Assembly: GCF_006345805.1 (NCBI RefSeq)
Contig: NW_021826555.1
Coordinates: forward strand, 1 to 12,583
Source of the DNA: Octopus sinensis
Lineage: Eukaryota
DNA: 12,583 bases
Direction of reading: 5' to 3'
The notes under the pieces are model-generated. The model made no database searches. It was given only the letters and a program-made list of their open reading frames with translations, and was not told the DNA's origin. Positions 8,117-12,583 of the stretch are shown here, one piece after another (within the stretch, counting starts at the first letter, position 1; each line of letters starts with the position of its first letter). A program made the position numbers and the translations under genes.

Positions 8117-8680
8117 GCCAAGCGCCATATAGACTCCGGTTGAGAATCACTGGTCGAGAGGTATTTTGGCACTTGGCAAATATGCGTACTAGTAGTGGTG
8201 GTAATTAGTGTAGTTTGAAGAAAGCAGACGACAGACAGAATACAGATTTCCATCCGATGATTTTTGTTTCTTCTGGTAACTTCTTCGATAAGTGGTCATG
8301 TGTCGTTGAAACAATCTCAACTTGACCAGATCATTTCTATGAAAGTGTTTCATCTTATCATGTGCTAAACGTTTTCAACGCTCAGTATGTGTCAAGACAT
8401 TTTTGTCCTACCTCTTCCAGCTTCTCCGTATCGTTTGACCACCCAGTAAGCAGCCGACCGAGGGAGGATGGCAGCTGAACGTAACTACCGCATTGGTACT
8501 GTCGAAACTCTGAAGTCTCTTGTGATAACTTGGTGGTTGAAATGATTGACATCGCTTGCTTTTCCCCTTCTCTTTTACTTTTCCTTTTTATTAAACCCCT
8601 CCCGCTAACTAATGCCCTACTACCATCACTGCTGTCCACATCTCCATCGCAATTACAGACTGCAGACACCGCTACAGCTA

Positions 8681-8734
<54 letters not shown>
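8681..8734. repeat. (TAC)18 microsatellite
   Basis: Direct read. Confidence 0.97.
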
Positions 8735-8755
8735 CAGGTAATTGTTAAAGTATTT

Positions 8756-8870
8756 ATTTCTTTATTGCCCACAAGGGGCTAATATAGAAGGGACAAACAA
8801 GGACAGACAAAGGGATTAAGCCGATTAGATCGACCCAGTGCGCAACTGGTACTTATTTTAATCGACCCTG
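8756..8870 (-). mobile_element. 5'-truncated family-B SINE with 9-bp target-site duplication
   Basis: Tail and core up to ATCGACCCTG; AAAGTATTT at 8747-8755 and 8871-8879. Confidence 0.85.
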
Positions 8871-8884
8871 AAAGTATTTTATGT

Positions 8885-8979
8885 ATCATGGAAGTATAAC
8901 TAATTTATTGCTGATAAATTCAACAAAAAATCTTATATGAACCCTCAAGGCCCCTATGGACACCGGTTGAGATCCAATG
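8885..8979. mobile_element. Probable terminal fragment of a hAT (Charlie-like) non-autonomous DNA transposon
   Basis: Revcomp of the right end, CATTGGATCTCAACCGGTGTCCATAGGGGCC, resembles the CAGTGGTTCTCAAC terminus known for hAT-Charlie elements. No partner end found. Confidence 0.5.
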
Positions 8980-9057
8980 GTTTAAAACAATAGTTTGGTG
9001 TTCCACATGTGTGTGTCCTTTCACCAAAGCCTTTTTAGTCTGTTTCTCGAATACATA

Positions 9058-9385
9058 CGGAAATGGAAATTTTATAGAAAGACGCTTCGCATTCCATTTA
9101 AGAACATCGAATTAATTGAGAGTGTTAGGAAATAAATTTTAGGAATGACTACAGACCATGAAACCCGCCTGACAATTGTCAAAAGGCGGAAAATGAAGTG
9201 GTTCGCTCGTGAAACACGATATCTTCTCACCCCTATATCTAGCGAAGAGAGTCATGCATGGACAAACTCTCAGTAGGAAAGGAATATGATCACTAAGTGG
9301 GTGGTTAAACAACATTAAGGAATGGATAGGGAGGAGCATGGCAGCAAACATGAGGTTGGTTGATGACTGGGAAAGATGGAGAAGG
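9058..9385 (+). mobile_element. Degraded 3' ORF fragment of an RTE-clade LINE (post-RT C-terminus)
   Basis: With frameshifts: FYRKTLRIPF / EHRIN-ESVRK*ILGMTTDHETRLTIVKRRKMKWF / LAKRVMHGQTLSRKGI*SLSGWLNNIKEWIGRSMAANMRLVDDWERWR. This matches the RTE pattern YRRMLRISW-EHRTNE..KRRKLxWF..LAK.ILQG..WLDNIKEWTG..DRERWR. Confidence 0.82.
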
Positions 9386-9560
9386 GGAGGATTTCCCGCC
9401 CCCCTCTCTCTCTCCTACCTACAGCACCACCTCCGTTATTTTAAGAGATTGATATGTCTATGCAATGCCTTCGGGATATAGAACGTGGTCAGGGTTAAAT
9501 ATCGATATCTAACATAGACACAAAGCTTGAAACTTAAGGGGAAGGCATAGTCAACCTTGT

Positions 9561-9672
9561 TCCCGGAAAGGACGAAAAGCAAAGCTTCCCTTGGTGCTAT
9601 TTGAACTCAGAATGTAAAGGTCCGTAACTAAATACTGTAAATCATTTTCTCGACGCTCTTGCGATTCTATCA
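9561..9672 (-). mobile_element. Highly degenerate family-B-related SINE head/core
   Basis: CCCGGAAAGGACGAAAAGCAAAG...ATTTGAACTCAGAATGTAAA...AAATAC...GCGATTCT aligns loosely to 7996-8100. Confidence 0.6.
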
Positions 9673-9744
9673 TTCTATCAATCAACGTAATTTGTGAGCG
9701 CTCGCTCGAGTGGTGTGTGTATGTGCGTGTGTACGTATTGTTTG

Positions 9745-9912
9745 TTCGTTCTCGAGCCACGCCTGGCTCATAAGGGCCGGTTTCCCGATTTCATTAGCGT
9801 ATAGGTTCCCCACTTGGACAGAACGCCGGTCTGTCGCAAGTGAGCTGCAGTTTCCACCTTCTAAATCTCACTCGTAAGGCACTGGTCAGCCTGAGGGCTA
9901 CGGTAGGAAACT
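9745..9912 (-). mobile_element. SINE fragment: family-A-like centre joined to a different 3' tail
   Basis: Revcomp 9851-9912 aligns to the 833-890 / 3786-3846 centre. It is followed by GCGACAGACCGGCGTTCTGTCCAAG..GGAAACCGGCCCTTATGAGCCAGGCGTGGCTCGAG instead of the family-A tail. Confidence 0.65.
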
Positions 9913-10308
9913 CAACGTCCGTATTCACAGCATAAACAGTTTGCACCAAGAAGTTGATCTCTTTTTCTTCTTTTTTTTTTTCCTGATTATCAAAATAGTT
10001 TAAGATCTTCCATAAAGAGCAGAGAATTAAAATCCTGTACCTATATATTTTTTTAATTGGTAACCCACCTACTGCCGTCTTCTGATGTACCACGCTCAGA
10101 GGAATCAGAGAAATGGCGAAAAGCAAAAGGATAAAAAAGAAGTCACCTCGAAAGATGCCACGCTTATTGTCAACTCAGCCAAACTCTCGATCGTTAGGAA
10201 ACGTGTTACTATTTTCCATCGTTTTACGCTTTCATTTATTAGAGTCTCTACATTCTCAGTGTTCGAAAACATGTTCAGGGGCTCCATTATCCATGTGTAC
10301 AATACAAA

Positions 10309-10706
10309 GCGGAGGCGCAATGGCCCAGTGGTTAGGGCAGCGGACTCGCGGTCGTAGGATCGCGGTTTCGATTCCCAGACCGAGCGTTGTGAGTGTTTAT
10401 TGAGCGAAAACACCTAAAGCTCCACGAGGCGCCGGCAGGGGATGGTGGTGATCCCTGCTGTACGTACTCTTTCACCACAACTTTCTCTCACTCTTACTTC
10501 CTGTTTCTGTTGTACCTGTATTTGAAAGGGCCAGCCTTGTCACTCTCTGTGTCACGCTGAATATCCTCGAGAACTACGTTAAGGGTACACGTGTCTGTGG
10601 AGTGCTCAGCCACTTACACGTTAATTTCACGAGCAGGTTGTTCCGTTGATCGGATCAACCGGAACCCTCGTCGTCGGAACCGACGGAGTGCTAATAGGAT
10701 AGGATA
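10309..10706 (+). mobile_element. Full-length family-C tRNA-headed SINE (~398 bp) with 12-bp TSD
   Basis: A box TGGCCCAGTGG, B box GTTTCGATTCCC; short (ATAGG)-type tail; GTACAATACAAA at 10297-10308 and 10707-10718. Confidence 0.92.
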
Positions 10707-10789
10707 GTACAATACAAAATCACAAGCCTTGTTTTTTGAAATCCATCCAGGTCATCAAAAAATTGGTTTTTCAGGGTTTTTTTTTTATT

Positions 10790-10912
10790 GGGTGGGAGGC
10801 GATTCATTCGATTAAAATTCTTCTTTTTTGGAGCCGATTCCGTCGATTAAAACTCTTCAAAGCGGTGCCCCAGCTTGGTCGCAATCTGGTGACTGAAACA
10901 AGTAAAGGATAA
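10790..10912 (+). mobile_element. 3' tail fragment of a family-A SINE with an internal ~30-bp duplication
   Basis: AGCGGTGCCCCAGCTTGGTCGCAATCTGGTGACTGAAACAAGTAAA aligns to 1116-1160. GGAGGCGATTCATTCGATTAAAATTCTTC is repeated as GGAGCCGATTCCGTCGATTAAAACTCTTC. Confidence 0.7.
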
Positions 10913-11299
10913 ACAATATATATCTGCATACGACATATTCTTCCTTCCTTTCGCTTCCTATTTGGATGTGTGTGAACATGTATCTTACGCACATATTTCA
11001 TGCCAACGGAAATATGTAAAAACGTGTGTGCTTTTTTGCTGTGCAATCCTTATTTGCCATCTGTCTTCTCGCACATTCACTAAATGTATATCTGATCAGA
11101 CGAGTCTCCTCATTCATTATTTACCATCCTCACTCTCTCTTCTCCTCTAATTTCCCTCTTGTTGCATATGTTTTATGTGTTGCGTCTGCGCCAGTGTATG
11201 TCTGGTTCTGCGCGAGTTGTCGAGTTTCTCTGAACACGCGCTCGCTAATACGTACGCGTATATGTGCGCCTGTTACACTTCGAAATTCGTGAGTGTAAA

Positions 11300-11321
11300 T
11301 ATGTGTGAGTGTCTATGTGTT

Positions 11322-11365
<44 letters not shown>

Positions 11366-11603
11366 GTTTAGTTTGTGTGTGTGTGTGTATGTGGTTAGTT
11401 TGTGTGCGTATGTATGTGTTTAGTTTGTGTGTGTGTGTGTGTGATATGTTTAGTTTGTGTGTGTATGTATGTGTTTAGTTTGTGTGTGTGTGTGTATGTG
11501 TTTAGTTTCTGTGTGTATGTATGTGTTTAGTTTGTGTGTGTGTGTGTGTGTGTATGTATGTGTTTAGTTTGTGTGTGTGTGTGTGTGTGCAAGAGAGAGA
11601 GAG
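11300..11603. repeat. Minisatellite of nine TATGTGTTTAGTTT-(GT)n units, then (GA)n
   Basis: TTAGTTT linkers at 11321, 11368, 11395, 11420, 11450, 11475, 11502, 11527, 11564. Confidence 0.92.
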
Positions 11604-11655
11604 GGGGAGTGAGCGCTTGCCGATGTAAATACGAATGCATTTTCAAATGTACAAA

Positions 11656-11904
11656 GGTGCGTGGCTTAAGGGTCAGATCGCGATTTCGCGGTTTCGATTC
11701 CCAGACCTGCTCCGCGTTGTTTCCTTGAGCAAAACACTCATTTCACGTTGATCCACTCAGTCCACATTAAACGGGTACCCCTGCGACGGTCTAACTTTCC
11801 GACCAAGGGAAAGTGTTGGCCTGCTCGCCTAGTCAGCCGGGTGGCATCACTTGAAAGCTAATAAATGACACAAAGCGCATTGTGACCAGCGATGTATAAC
11901 AATA
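11656..11904 (+). mobile_element. Degenerate tRNA-headed SINE with CORE-like centre
   Basis: CGCGGTTTCGATTCCCAGACC is shared with 10361-10381; CORE-like TTCCTTGAGCAAAACACT..CTCAG..AAACGGGTACC; tail GCGCATTGTGACCAGCGATGTATAACAA. Confidence 0.72.
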
Positions 11905-12368
11905 CGCATATATATTTACATTTGAGCAAGTTTCCTTGGTGTCCGGTGTGTGTGTGTGTGCAAAATGTTTTATTCGCTTAAACGCTGCAAAAATAAGTAG
12001 AATAAATTTATAAGCAAACAAACAAAAACAAACAAACAAACAACAAAAAGACAAACATGCAATAGAAAAGGTATTTCGGTAGACATAATGGGGCTTATTA
12101 AGAACAATTGGAAGCAGTTGTGGTGATCGTTAATTACAGGAACTAATTGCATGGTTAAGATTTTTCGCTGTGCAATTTACAAATTATGTTGCTCTGGGTT
12201 CGTTAGTGTCCATTGCACGACTTTATTATAGTCTCGGGTGTCCAATGTTTTGACGGTGAAATCCAGTCGATGAAACTTTTGCGAAACTCCGTCGCCCGTG
12301 GACCCCGCTACCCCCCATCCCTACCCACACGCACGCACATGCTAATGTTTGTTTTTATGTCAAGTTAT

Positions 12369-12500
12369 GATAATAATAATAAATAAACTAATTAATTCTT
12401 TTATTATTATTATTATAATAATAATAATAATAATGATGATGATGATGATGATGATGAAATGAGATGATGATGATGATGATCAATAATATAATATAATATA

Positions 12501-12531
<31 letters not shown>

Positions 12532-12583
12532 TAAATAATAATAATAATAATAATAATAATATAAATAATAATAATAATAATAA
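12369..12583. repeat. Compound (AAT)n/(GAT)n microsatellite running off the window end
   Basis: Direct read. Confidence 0.95.

Noticed and set aside
8421-8445. 25-nt plus-strand microexon (TTCCAG|...CCA|GTAAGC)
   Set aside because: The splice-like signals are good, but it is frame-shifting, overlaps the minus-strand candidate, and has no independent support.
10311-10383. Possible tRNA gene (also 2127-2194)
   Set aside because: The D-arm and A/B boxes are present, but the acceptor, anticodon and T stems do not pair, and 10311 continues into a SINE body bounded by a TSD.
11311-11590. CRISPR-like repeat-spacer appearance
   Set aside because: The spacers are (GT)n rather than unique, the repeat is too short, there are no cas genes, and the context is eukaryotic.
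12262-12290. Hammerhead-like TCGATGA...CGAAAC
   Set aside because: The core should be CTGANGA, and no stem II or flanking stems can be formed.

Overview
AT-rich, microsatellite- and SINE-dense eukaryotic non-coding DNA. The repeat content looks like an octopus or other coleoid cephalopod genome; this is inferred from recalled repeat families, not from a search. No intact protein-coding gene, RNA gene or CRISPR array is supported, and the long ORFs in the track are microsatellite read-throughs. Recognisable content: (1) the degraded 3' end of an R4/Dong-type RLE non-LTR retrotransposon (1-682) ending in a (TAA)n tract and interrupted by a hairpin insert; (2) a degraded RTE LINE 3' fragment (~9058-9385); (3) about 15 tRNA-headed SINE copies or fragments from at least three families, including a head-to-tail trimer, a SINE-in-SINE, and two copies with clear target-site duplications; (4) a probable hAT terminus and a MITE-like inverted-repeat element; (5) many simple repeats. 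The most interesting signals are the SINE junctions, where the tail end GAAATA abuts its own inverted complement TATTTC; a 136-bp local inverted duplication with private mutations around a candidate exon; and invariant stems with variable loops across seven SINE copies.
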